From assembly GCA_043228905.1 (NCBI GenBank), contig JBHGNT010000012.1, forward strand, positions 14,198,001 to 14,262,000: 64,000 nt of DNA. Reading direction: 5' to 3'. The DNA is from Azolla caroliniana (taxonomy: Eukaryota; Plantae; Polypodiophyta). The position numbers and the translations under genes were made by a program. The notes under the pieces were generated by a model. The model saw only the letters and a program-made list of their open reading frames with translations, was not told where the DNA came from and ran no database searches. Shown here one piece after another: positions 13,063 to 26,019 of this stretch (its first letter is position 1; every line of letters begins with the position of its first letter).

Positions 13063-13140
13063 ATATCGAAAACATCGGAAATACGAAGTCTTGAACTGCA
13101 AAAGATTCTTCAAGAGCTTATTCTCCGATACTCCATCTAG
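13063..13140 (+). CDS. bHLH-ACT-like transcription factor, exon 3 (total about 369 aa)
   Basis: Acceptor TTGCCAG|. Encodes ISKTSEIRSLELQKILQELILRYSI*, the expected final helix of an ACT-like domain. Followed by an AT-rich 3' UTR. Confidence 0.75.
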   Translation: MSKTSEIRSLELQKILQELILRYSI

Positions 13141-16100
13141 AGAATCTTCAGCTTTTTCTTCTCTATATATTTTGGAATAATAATAAAACGAAATTAAGTA
13201 ATTTGTACATAATGTCTCCCATGATTTCTTACTATTATAAAATTTAATTGAATTATCATTATTATTTTCCTTTGTTATTATTATTATTTTATTATTTATT
13301 TTTTTGTTTTTGTGTTTATTTATTTATTTTAAAATTTAGAAAACTAGCAACAGAACAAATAACCCATGTAAACTCCACTCCCTACACATTAAAATATACC
13401 TCATCAATAAAGCCCTCTAAGTATCATGTGTAGGCATGCACTTTATGATTGAATTTTGTGTTGCATGACGACGAATATTCGTCCTATTCTAAGCATGTAC
13501 ACAACTAATGGGCCGATCGCATGCCTAACTTGGCTCTATTGAAGAACTATTAAATGGATGTATGGTTGTATCAATCTACTAGAGTTAGTCTCAATAACTA
13601 GCCACTATAATTGTTAGAAGATTCTTGCACGCGTGCACAAACGGGTGTGTGTGTGTTAGAGAGAGAGATAGAGATTAGCATGTTGATGTTGATTTGATGT
13701 TTACGCGATGGGGATGGATCAAAATTCTTTAACCCCCCAATAGGAGGTTAGTGCAAAGTACCCTCTTTGATTAATGGGTTGGTTGGTTGGTTGGTTGGTT
13801 GCCTCATCCTACAATGGGGTCCCCTTTTTATAGTGTTATTGCACTTATTCCTACGATATTAAAGACACACGTCAACAAACACATATATGTACATGCCCTT
13901 TCATATTTGCTAAGGTTATTCGTATAGTCCTGCATTATTGGGCACACTCCTAGGCACCATTATTAGCGATGATTATGATATACATTATTCAGTTATATCT
14001 AAAAACACTAGTAGCATGCAATGTGGATCAAGAGGGGATGGGGAGACAAGAATAAGGATGATGATGAAGACAAAGACAAGCTTCAGGATAAGGACTAGGA
14101 TGAGGTTGGGGGTAACAATGCCAAAAAAAATAAAGTACATGGTTTCTCGACAATAAAAAAGGACTTGCAACAATGCTTGACTTATATTTCTAAGATTACC
14201 TTCAAAAGTTATTTAAAATGACATGGTCTAATGGTGAAACATTTGCTTTAATGGAATAGGTCGAACACATGGGTTTAGGGTTGATCTTGCAATGATTGTA
14301 GCGCTTGGGTCATGAACACTAACAATTTTCTCCCCAAAAAAGTGGCATTATGCAATTTCCTAATTTAACTTAATCTTGAATGTCCTTTATCATCGTTGTC
14401 ACATCCTCAAATGATTCTCAATAGTGCTTAAATATCCCAATACTCATGATATTATTGATCTAACCTGAACTATTTACTACTTAGGTTTGTTGTTGACAAA
14501 ATTATTTATTACAATTAGTAAGAATTTGTGGTTGAAAGAGATATCTATGAAGGAATATTTCAGTGGATTATAGATGGCAATGCCATGATGATTTATTTTC
14601 TTTAACGCAAATGAAGAAGCTTCTCATGAGTCACAATGAACACAATCCAACCAAACTCTTAGTGATTCCTTCTTAGTTGCACATGCCCTTTGCGGGACTC
14701 TCAAGGCATGAGGTACACATGCCATGATTACTGATAATTAAAGATGCCATGATACTATACAATATAGTATATAATTAAGTTGACGGGATACATACCATTG
14801 TCAGAGTCAACACACATGTATGTCCATTGTTGAAAGGACATTAAAATAAAGTCATCTCTTACACATGAATACGATCAACCTAGGATAAGACTTCCTTTTC
14901 TATATATTTTATGCATATCACATGTTTGAGTACACTAAGATAATGTCACAATTAACAGTTTTTCTATCCATTCTTTGCCCCCTCATTTACTTAGATTCTT
15001 GTCATATATAGTCATACATTTGAAACTTTAATAATTGAAAGAGAGCAATACAATGCATTAACGAGTTTCCAATATTTGGAATACAAGATAACCACATAAG
15101 TACACTTAAGATACATATAAAATGTTCGGGCAAGTGTGAACAAATAAATATGATAGTTCCAATTGAATTTAAACACTCCTTTACTATATTCATTGGGATA
15201 TATGACATTTGCCTCTAGCTTTACGGGGTATATAATTTATTGTAGGCTTCATAGTTAACCTTAGTCATGGTTGGTCAATGTTTTCCCCTATTCTTTTCCT
15301 TTTATTAATGATAACTTTTTGGGAGGAGGAATAAGTTTATTCAGTTTAATAATAAGCTGCCTTAAAAGGTACAAATATGTTTATTGAGTATAACTTTACT
15401 AAATGGGGTAAAATTTTATAATCTTCTTGCGTCCATATGCTTTCATTTGAAGGTTATTGTGGATAACCAGTTAGTCTTTGCTATAGTAAGTTTTATATAC
15501 AACTAGAGAAATTTATCCCTATCAATGTAAGTGTTGTATACAATTAGCTTAATTTTTTAATGTATAAGAAATAATTAACGATTTTCAAGTTTTATAAAAA
15601 GTATGTGATCTTATAGTTTCTCTATACATAAGGAAATGATATATATGTATATGCTTCGGTGTTTTCTAGCTAAGTTGGCTAAGGTATCTCACGAGACCAT
15701 GATTAGGGGACACATTGATGTTGATTGATACTGGACTACACAATCTTCATTGAGCTCGACTCTATTATGGTCGTGTACACTTCTCTCATAATATATTGTG
15801 GTTCACAAACATATGACATGTATTTTCTCATCATTATGGCTAGATGCAACTTGGTCAGTCTAATGGTGGGGCGTAGCTTTTGTTTACGTGTATGCTTTGT
15901 TTGAAACCCACATGTTTTATTTGGTGATGTTGGGTGTTGAATTCATGACCTTATTATTTGTGGAGGCCGAGTGCTCCCCAATCCCTCGACTAGTCCTCTT
16001 AGTGTGTCACACCCTTTAGGATTCACTCAATTTGTGTTACCTCCTTCGAGAATGTTAAAAAAGCATTATCATCTTCTCTCTCATAATATCCATGTGTTAT

Positions 16101-18473
16101 TAAGTTGCGTCTATTTAGAATATGTGATTTTCAATTAATTCTACTTTTGACTAAAGATATACCAAATCAATTTAAAATGCTCTCAAAGTTTCAATATGGC
16201 TACGTCACATGTAAGAACAATGTCGGGAAACTAGTGGTTTGGATATGATGCATTATTGTGGTTAATGTGGAAATTAGTATGTATGTTTATATGTACATCG
16301 TGCTTGGTTTATGGACCACATGCAACCTGAACTTATTTATTTGCCATAAATGCTACATAAATTGCACAAGCGTACCTCCTTAAATGCGGGTCTCTGTAAC
16401 CAAATAAATGTTAGTTTTCTTAGACAATCAATTTTTTTGTCATGATCTTAGGTAAATGGGAGTTATTGACAAGGATCATATTTCATTGTAATGGGGGAAA
16501 TGTATTGAAAGATATCAGGGTGAGCCTCTCTAATGTTACAAGTCAATCAATCAATACAAACAAGAATTCGATGTCATGTAGAAAAAACAGCCACATTTGT
16601 TTTTCAAAATTTGGTGATGTTCACATATACCATCTTTATGTGTGAGTGTGAGTGCGTAAGTGCATGTGTTGTGTCATGTTAAGTTCAATATAATCAAAAT
16701 ATCAAGATCATGTAAGTGGATCAAATTCATGTGGATCATAATAACTCGTAAAACAAATAATAGTACAATGGTGTGTAGGGTCAAACAAAGGATGTCAATA
16801 TTAAAACCATTACAATATATAACAAACATGCACTAGTGTGGCTAAAAGTCTATTTGGAAACCACAATTATCACAAGATTGACAAAGTCCGAGTATTATTT
16901 CTTTGCAAAAGAAGTATGATTTCTTGTGCTGAAATCTTTCTTCTTCTTCTTATTGGTTCTTACAATCTTTTGTTGAATGAGAAGTTGAGAAAGAAAGGGG
17001 AGTGCAAGATCTACAAAAACGAGTATCTCTCGGGCTTATGTGGACATTGGACACGCCCAAACTTCAAATTGGTTAAAGAACTACATTTTTAGTTTCATGA
17101 GTTGGTTCATAGACTTCATCTTGTTCTCCATGCTTTTTTGTACTTCCAGTGATGCATCCCCAACTAAAGATATATTGTCCTTACGAGATACCCACAAACC
17201 TATATATTCGAATAGTAGAAGTGTGTTGAAGTTGGACTCTCACATAAACAGAGTTTGAAATGGTTGGGCCACGGGCACAACCACATGTATAATGGAGTAT
17301 TCTTATAGGTTTATCCTTTAGATGGCTATAAATCGATTATATCATATGTTTGCTTTTGTAATGGGATAGTTGTTGTCACCCTAGTGTCATTCAATTGTTT
17401 TCTATTTATATAACTTCTATTTGATTTATGGTAACATTTTCAATATATTCTACATCATGTTATATTCTCATGTATATGGTATTATAGGTACATATTTAGC
17501 TATTTGTTGTTTAGTTATTTGTATTAATACTTCAAGCCAAAAATCCAAATATATATATATTGGATGATGTGTGTACCTCAACAACACCTAAACAATTGGG
17601 TGGACCTTTGCCTTCATTACCAAAGGACACAAGTTGTCACATTAGGTTTGATTAGTGTAATACATAGAGGTATTCTAACAATTTTCTCTATATTCACCAT
17701 TTTCGTTCGCACATTAGACATGTATGATGTTGTCATTATCTTTGTTTTTGTGTCGTCTATTTCTAGATATGTGACTAATGTTTAGGGGTTTGAAGGTAGA
17801 AATTCGGGCATTGAGGTTTCATTGGGTCAGGCTTTCCTTCACAATCAACCTTAGAATTTTGTCCAAGTTATTTCTAGGGATTGGTCATATTTTGGTAGCA
17901 TCTACTTATATTTTACCACACATCCCCACAATTCAAATTTATATTGATGACATAGGAATTCTATGAACATCATAAATTGAAAACATATAACCTACTAGTT
18001 TGGGGTGATTGCATTGCCTTGGAAAATAAACCAATAGTTCAAATTTATTAGAGAAAAGAGAATGAGTTCTCTTGGCTTGTTTTAACCATTATGACAATAA
18101 ATTAAAAGAGTCATCCTAGCAAATTAACATAACGATAAGTAATTGATGTCTCACGTCAAGGGCCACAACCAAAAACTACATACAAGTGTAATGAAAGGAA
18201 AAGGAAAATAAGGAATTTTTGAACAAGGACAATATTTATAAGATTACGTCGAAGATTGGTATGAAATGTTTCTACTCATACAATGCCTTCTCTTTATATT
18301 CTATATCTTGTTATGCATGGTCGCCATATTAAAAAAAATCATGCTTTTTGTTAACATAACCTGATTTTCAAAATTCCAATGAACCATTTTTCTACTATGT
18401 ATATGTCACTTAGGACAACAAGAAATAAAATTGCTTTATTTCAACTGTTCCTCTTAGTAAAATTTTACAATTT

Positions 18474-19633
18474 ATGAAGCAAGAAGTTGGGGGAGATCAT
18501 CCCAACCTTGCATTATGGCAAAAGGACGAAGATGGAGTAGAAGAGGGGCAACGGGGACTGCAAGGAGGATCGCCTCAAGGGTTGCCTATGGTGGAGAGTG
18601 AGGCCACGGAGTACACGTTACAAGTGGAAAATCTTTTGCAAGAATGTGGTCAGGCACATAATGCATGCATGAGAGGAGATCATGATAAGGATTTGAAAAT
18701 GGTGGAGACTTCTGATGTATTGGATGTTTTTTTGTCCGAAGAAGAAAGTACAATCCTAAATGCCGAGATCAAAAGATTAAATAAATGTTCGTTCATTTGT
18801 AAGCTACTTGGTGGTAGGCCCAATAGAGGTATGGTCCGTGATATGCTACAGGTAGCTTTAATGGATAAGGTCCCACATATAAAGAATGTGGATAATATGG
18901 GACAAAATTTCTTTCACATTGAAGTGATTGAAGGGAGTGATGTATCGCAAATTATCAATATGAAATGTGTAGAGCTCAAATATGGAAGATCTATGTTGCT
19001 GGAGTGGCATGCTAATTTCAATGTTATGGATGAGGCTAAGAAAATTGGTAATCCCATGGTGATATCTATGGTATTCCCTAATCTGCCTCGACACTTATAT
19101 CCTTTGATGCAAAATATTGGGGAGAAGATTGGCACAATTTGTCCTTCAAAGGCAATCATGGTAGACAAAATCCGAGACTCCCCTAAGATTAGGGTGCTTG
19201 TGCAAAGTTTGTCCATAGTTCCCTCTCTAATTAGAGTGCATGATGTGGAGGCAAGATTGATAGATGTGGAAGTGGAATATGAGGGTTTGCCTGGCCAATG
19301 TTTCTATTGTAAAAGAAAGGGCCACATTGCCAAGGAATGTCCAAGGAAGATTAATAGAAATGTAAGGGGGGAGAAGGTTACGGGGTCGTTAGATAAGCAA
19401 GAGACGATAAGGGCGACAAGATTGAGTACCCTCAATGGGGATGAGAAGGCGAACACTAGTGCAAATGGCTGGACTCGTGTTTTGGGACTCAAAAATGGCT
19501 TGCAATGAGAAGTAAACACGGATATGCCTCATGTAGATTTGAGAAATTATTTTGAAGTGTTGCAAGAAGAGGAGGACCTAGAACAGGATTCAAGGAAAAC
19601 TATTGTTGAAGAGGTGGTAGCATGTACACCCGA
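18474..19633 (+). pseudogene. LINE ORF1, 5' part (DUF4283-like region + zinc knuckle)
   Basis: YEGLPGQCFYCKRKGHIAKECP. One internal TGA at 19506-19508. The frame continues to the Gypsy insertion site. Confidence 0.85.
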
Positions 19634-20048
19634 TGTCATGATATGGCAAGACTTGAACCCATGACCTTATGGTATATGGGTCAAGCTTTTAACCATCACA
19701 CCATCTATTATAATTTATAGAATATTATTTTCATTTATGCTTTAATGTATATTCCAAATTTCTCTGGAACATTCTAGAAGCTTCAGGACTACTCCTGAGA
19801 GCACTATAAAAGGAGGCACAAGGCATTGTTTTGAACCAAATTGGTTCAACGCCAGTCTTAAGCCTCATAGCCATCTTGTACTTACTCTTCCTATAATATA
19901 TCATCTATTATCATCATCTCTCTCTCTCTCTCTCTTCTCTTCTCTTTCCTCCCTCTCGGGGGTCTTACGCAGTCCCGTCCTCTTAGTACTAACAGTACTT
20001 CCCTTCTCTAGTACTAATTCTCTCTCTATTTTAGTACTATTCCTGACA
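19634..20048 (+). repeat. 5' LTR of the Tcn1-like element
   Basis: Direct repeat of 24820-25263. HSE at 19767-19784, TATA box at 19805. Confidence 0.95.
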
Positions 20049-20117
20049 GTTTGAACCAATTTTTTTCTCTAGTCTTTCTTTTGGTTCCCCTCATCCTCTT
20101 ATCCTTTTTCTATACAA

Positions 20118-21266
20118 TGGCTTTTGTTAGCGCCCAAGAATACCAATCCGTTTTCTCCGAGCTATAATGTCTAAAAGAAAAATTTGTTGCCTTGGAACAA
20201 GAAAACCAGCGGTTGTTAGGGGATCTTCAACAAATCGCCGTAGAAAAACAACAAACACAGCAACAACATGGGGAGTTACCGTTACGTGTGCAACAACTTG
20301 AAGCAGCAACATGGATCAAGTCCCCACGGATTTCATAAAGATCCCAAGATTGGACTTCCCGTGAAATTTGATGGAACGCGATCGCAATTTAGGGGATTCC
20401 TCAATCAGGTACGCTTAGTCATTCAAATGCATCCTTCTCGATACCCCAATGATGCATCCCGAGTCGGCCTAATAGGCACATTGCTTAGCGGCGCAACCTT
20501 GGCATGGTTTGCTCCGCTTCTAGAAAAACAAGCGCCCTTACTGAATAACTCTGAAGACTTTATTAGTGAGTTTAAAGCTTGCTTTGGAGATACAGACATC
20601 ATCCGGACGACGATCAACAAAATCCGACGATTGCATCAAGGTGATCGTCCAGCCTCTGCCTACGTAGTGGATTTCCGTCTACTCGCTTCAGATATCCCCT
20701 GAGATGATCAAGCACTAATGGAGTAGTTTCGCTATGGCCTGTGAAACGATGTCAAAGATCTACTTCTAACATTCCCCGAAGAATCAAAGTCTCGTATGGA
20801 GGCAATCAGCCGAGCGGTCCGATGTGACAACCGCCTTTTCGAACGGTGTTCGGAATGTCAATTACAGATACCACGCTCTAGGCCGGAGCCCACTTATGCC
20901 TCAGTCGCAGCTAAACCATTTGCACGAGACATATCTCAAGCAAATACTCTGACACCAATGGAGATCGATACCATGTGTCGACGTGGCCCGTTATCGGAAG
21001 AAGAAAAGCAACGACGACGTGCAAATCGATTATGTCTTTATTGCGGTGGACCATGGCATATCGCAATCAATTGTCCCCATAGGCCAAGAAGACAGGTAAA
21101 TCAAATCGTAGCTTGTACTAAACCCGAATCAATTCTTTCCTTAGGATTGTTTGAGAGTATTAATAGTACTAATAGAGTGTCTGATAGTATTAATAGTACT
21201 AATAGCCCAAGTATCTCAATCAAATTTGAAATCCTTAGTCACTTAGATGAAGAGTTAAACGATTGA
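20118..21266 (+). pseudogene. Tcn1-like gag (disrupted)
   Basis: PVKFDGTRSQFRGFLNQ...LSGATLAWF, PMEID, RLCLYCGGPWHIAINCP. Contains stops and a frameshift. Confidence 0.85.
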
Positions 21267-24200
21267 GTCCAACCAAAATAGGAGCCGTTTGGTTGGACAA
21301 CCCTAGATTTGTACAACCCATAGTGGTTCCATTCCCTCCAAGCAAGTTAGCAATGTGTTCCTAGCCCAAGTCATGGTTAGTACTAAAAGTACTCCCCCAG
21401 TACAAGTCCTAACACTTTTAGATTCCAGAGCCAATTCTTGTTTTATGGATCGAAATTTTGCCCAAGCTTCTCAGATATCCTTAAGAAAACTTCCTTGCCC
21501 CACATCTGTAGTAGTCATTGATGGTCGTCCCATTGCTTCCGGGAATATTGTAGAAGAGTCTGAACCCATTCAGGTTGTCCTAGGTAGTTTTGTGTGTGTA
21601 GTATCATTTAATATAATTAGTAGTCCAGAGCATCCCATTATCCTGTGATTACCTTGGTTTGAACTACATAATCCAGACATAGATTGGAGAACAAGAGAAG
21701 TTCGATATCGACAACCCCAAGAATCTACTCATCGAGTTTCGACCATTTCACTACGTAAAGTACGCGAAGAAGGACACAAGGAGGCAATGTTCCTATTTGC
21801 CATATCAGTACATCCTTCCAACAATATTAAGGTGGAATCCTTAGTACAACTTCCGGCGAAATATCATCCTTATGCCGACGTATTTGACAAGGTAAAAGCC
21901 GGTACTCTTCCTCATCATCGTCCCTACGATTGTCCCATCGATTTACAACTAGGAGCAGAGCCACCATGGGGACCAATCTACAACTTGTCACCCACCGAGT
22001 TAGAAGTCCTTCGAGCCTACATAGAGGAGAACTTGGCAAGCGGGTTTATTCGTCATTCGAAATCTCCAGCCGGAGCACCCATCTTCTTTGTCAAGAAGAA
22101 AGATGGCTCACTTCGTCTCGTCGTTGATTACCGCGGCTTAAATAAGGTCATCATTCGGAATAGGTATGCACTTCCTCTTATATCAAGTCTTTTAGAGCGA
22201 GTTAATGGTGCCAAGTTTTTTACAAAAATCGATCTACGAGGAGGGTATAACCTCGTGCGGATCCAACCGGGAGATGAATGGAAGACCGCCTTTCGCATGC
22301 GGTATGGGCATTTCGAATATACTGTTATGTCGTTCGGTCTAACCAATGCACCCGCAGTCTTCCAACACATGGCAAATGATATATTCAAAGACCTCTTGGA
22401 TATCTGTTTGACCATCTACTGGATGATCTATTGATTTATTCGAAGACCTAGGAAGAGCACGATTCTCATGTACTATTAGTACTAAACTGACTCCGCGAGA
22501 ATGGACTTTATGCCAAGCTAGAAAAATGTAGCTTTGACTGCAAGCAAGTGGAATTTCTAGGCTACGTTATCTCCTCAAAGGGCATCTCCATGGATCTAGC
22601 TAAAGTCCAAACTATGCTAGAGTGGCAAATTCCACGGTCAGTACAAGATGTACAATGTTTTCTAGGTTTTGCTAACTTCTACCGCAAGTTTATACAGGAT
22701 TACTCGAAGATTATTTTACCTCTCACACAACTTACGAAGAAGGGACAAGCATTTCTTTGGTCCAATGAAGCGGACATGGCTTTTCGGCATCTTAAGAAAG
22801 TCTTTACATCAGCACCTATTCTAGCTCATGTGGATACAAGCAAACCATTCATCATGGAGGCCGACGCATCAGATTTCGCCCTCGGTAGCATCCTTTCTCA
22901 ACAAGGAGATAAAGAAGAGTTACATCCAATGGCTTTCCATTCGCGCAAATTCGATGTTGCGGAAATCAACTATGAAATACATGACAAGGAGTTATTAGCC
23001 ATCGTGGATTCATTTGTGCAATGGTGGCATTTTTTGGAGGGCTCTCCACATCAGGTCATCTTCTTCAGTGATCACAAGAATCTTTCTTATTTCCAGAACG
23101 CTCGTGTGCTAAATCGACGGCAAGCTAGGTGGGCTCAATTCCTCACACGTTTTGATTTCAAAATCGCATATTGACCGGGGAAGCAACAAGGAAAGGCAGA
23201 TGCACTATCACGGCGTTCATATCTTGCACCTTGTCCTGGTGATCCAGCGTTCGATAATCAAAAGCAAGTAATCTTGGGAACAACACGATTGCACACAATG
23301 TGGATTTTTCACACCCCAATGGATTCCCAGATTACCGACACCATATGTGCGAACTTGAAGATGGACAATTTTGCTCAAGACATTCTGGCGCACATTGATA
23401 CCTCTCGGGCATCCTGTTCCCAGTCTCAACAACCAGGTATGGACTACCGACAATTCGAATATCATGATGGTTTGTTATTCTTTAAAAAGCTTGTATATGT
23501 CCCCGATTGCTCTTGTCGCCTTCAAATTGTCCAAAGTTGTCACGACACCCATATGGCGGGACATTTCGGTAGCACTAAGATGTTGGATCTAGTTCAACGA
23601 TCCTTTTGGTGGCCCCATATGCGACGTTTTGTCAACGACTACGTTCGGACCTGTGTTGCTTGTTGCCGAGCAAAGATGCCACGACACCATCCATATGGCT
23701 TGTTGGAACCCTTACCGATTCCAAGTAAGCCGTGGCAGTCTATTTGTCTTGACTTTATCACAGATCTGCCGGTCTCGAAGGGGTTTGATGCTATCTTAAC
23801 CATCGTCGATCGATATACGAAGATGGCACATTTTGTGCCATGTACTAAGGCCATCACTAGCGAGGAAACCGCCGCCCTTGTCTTGCGTGAGGTATTTCAG
23901 CATCATGGCCTCCCAGACAGGATCATCAGTGACCGAGGACCGCAATTCGTCTCCAAATTTTGGCAGCATCTCTTCAAGATGCTCAAGGTCTCTTGCAACC
24001 TCTCCTCCGGCTACCATCCTCAGACCGATGGGCAGGCGGAACGAACAAACCAAACCCTAGAGCAATATCTCCGGTGTTTCTTGAGTTATCAACAGGACGA
24101 TTGGGCCGAGATTCTCCACTTTGCGGAGTTTGCGTATAATAATGTTGTTCACTCCTCGACTTGAGTCTCCCCATTCTACGCTTATACCGGTTCTCATCCT

Positions 24201-24776
24201 CGCTGGTCGGTGATCGACACCCTGGAGCTACCTACCAATCCTCGTGCCGAGGATCATTTGGAGAGACTACGCAAGATCCAGATGGATCTCTCTACTCATC
24301 TTCGTCATGCTCAATAGACACAGAAGACTTACACGGATTGTCATCGGCTTCCCTCCTCTTTCGCCATCGGAGATCGAGTATGGCTTTTACGTCGTCACAT
24401 CAAGACTACTCGACAAGTTGGATTACCGACGACTCGGTCCTTTCTGTATTACCGGTAAGGTTAATGATGTCACGTTCCGCCTTGATCTTCCTTTGCATCC
24501 TCGGATACATCCTGTCTTTCCATAGTTCTCTTCTTGAACCTTATAAAGCAAACACTATTCCCTATTGTGTTAGACCACCGCCACCCCTGCTTGAGTTAGA
24601 CGCCAGCCTGGAGCATCCTCGACTCCAAATTTGTTCGCAGCAAACTTTATTATTTGGTCGATTGGCTCGGCTATAGTCTGAGCGAACGTACTTGGGAGCC
24701 CATCGAGCATGTCGCCAATGCTCAGGATCTTCTTGCTGATTTTCACCGACAGTATCCCGACAAACCCGGTCCTTAA
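21260..24776 (+). pseudogene. Tcn1-like pol (PR, RT, RNase H, INT, chromodomain; disrupted)
   Basis: LDSRANSCF protease, [27 protein letters not shown] RNase H, IISDRGPQF integrase, and chromodomain YYLVDWLGYS..RTWEP at ~24613-24776. Confidence 0.9.
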
Positions 24777-24819
24777 TCAGCGTCGACTTGTTCCACTCGT
24801 CGTCTTAAAGGGGGGATAG

Positions 24820-25263
24820 TGTCATGTTATGGCAAGACTCGAACCCATGACCTTATGGTATATGGGTCGAGCTCTTAACCATCACACCATCTATTGTAAT
24901 TTGTAGGATATTATTTTCATTTATGCTTTATTATAAGAAATTAATGTATATTCCAGATTTCTCTGGAACATTCTAGAAGCTTCAAGACTACTCTTGAGAG
25001 CACTATAAAAGGAGGCACAAGGCATTGTTTTGAACCAAATTGGTTCAATGCCAGTCTTAAGCCTCATAGCCATCTTGTACTTACTCTTCCTATAATATAT
25101 CATCTATTATCATCATCTCTCTCTCTCTCTCTCTCTCTCTTCTCTTCTCTTCTCTTCTCTTTCCTCCCTCTTGGGAGTCTTACGCAGTCCCATCCTCTTA
25201 GTACTAATAGTACTTCCCTTCTCTAGTACTAATTCTCTCTCTGTTTTAGTACTATTCCTGACA
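24820..25263 (+). repeat. 3' LTR of the Tcn1-like element
   Basis: Follows the PPT AAAGGGGGGATAG. Matches the 5' LTR. Confidence 0.95.
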
Positions 25264-25268
25264 CTCGA

Positions 25269-26019
25269 GCTCATGTTAAAAAGTGCAATACTTAGACAAG
25301 AATATACCATGCGCTCCCCTTCCTCCATTGGCAAAAGTGGAAGTATGGGATTGAGAGCAATGAAAGAGTGGTTACGTAATGGGAGGTGTCAAGAAAGGTC
25401 ATCCATCACTCCCGAAATTCAGAAGTTGCAAGCGTTGGGACAAGGAAGTAAGGAGGCAAATGTTAGAGTTCCGATCAAATTTGTTAGGTCAAAAATATTG
25501 GAAGGGGACATGTTGGACAAGGGATATAGGTTTAGTCAGCAGGCTCTCACAAGCCTAACTGATTTTTCACATGGGGAAGCTCTAGGGCTAAGGGTTTATG
25601 TAGTTGTTGCTGAACGAAACAAGCTACCGGCTATAGGCTTCTCTTTTGATCTAATAAACCTAGAGGTTACAACCAGTAACATGCCATGGATCTCGAACTT
25701 TATAGAAGTCAAGTCGCACAAATATTTTCATAGCCTGCCTATCACTTGGAATGGAGATAATTGGATGTTGATGTGGCTGAATGCTGGAATGATATGTGGG
25801 AGTTTTGATAATTCTTGCATTAAAAAACAGATTTTACTATGCCTAGAGGAGATGGTAGACTCCCTCGATGAGGTGTTGCACTTCCATGAGGAGGAAATGG
25901 CAGAAGCTACAAGGCAAGATGTTGTTTTACGATGGGAGAGGATCAAGGCGGGAGGTTGGGCATGGGCTCGTAGGGAGGGACTATGTCCGGCTTGGGAGAC
26001 TTCACAATTGATCTCATGA
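25269..26019 (+). pseudogene. LINE ORF1, 3' part
   Basis: In frame with the 5' part once the Gypsy and one TSD copy are removed (ACTP-ELMLK). Its stop overlaps the ORF2 start as ATGA. Confidence 0.7.

Larger units (their letters stand above)
19634..25263 (+). mobile_element. Full-length Ty3/gypsy chromovirus of Tf1/sushi (Tcn1-like) type
   Basis: LTRs 19634-20048 and 24820-25263 (TGTCA...TGACA). TSD CCCGA/CTCGA (4 of 5 match). PPT 24807-24819. PEG10/sushi-like Gag, PR-RT-RH-INT-chromodomain. Confidence 0.93.

Noticed and set aside
13141-18473. Short ORFs, (GGTT)n and GA-rich tracts, and a faint transposase-like peptide near 17050-17250
   Set aside because: AT-rich intergenic DNA with no recognisable domain or terminal structure. 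The similarity is too weak to call.
25171-25268. Signal-peptide-like hydrophobic start of the 282-aa ORF (env-like?)
   Set aside because: It is translated pyrimidine-rich LTR sequence fused to the LINE ORF1 tail.
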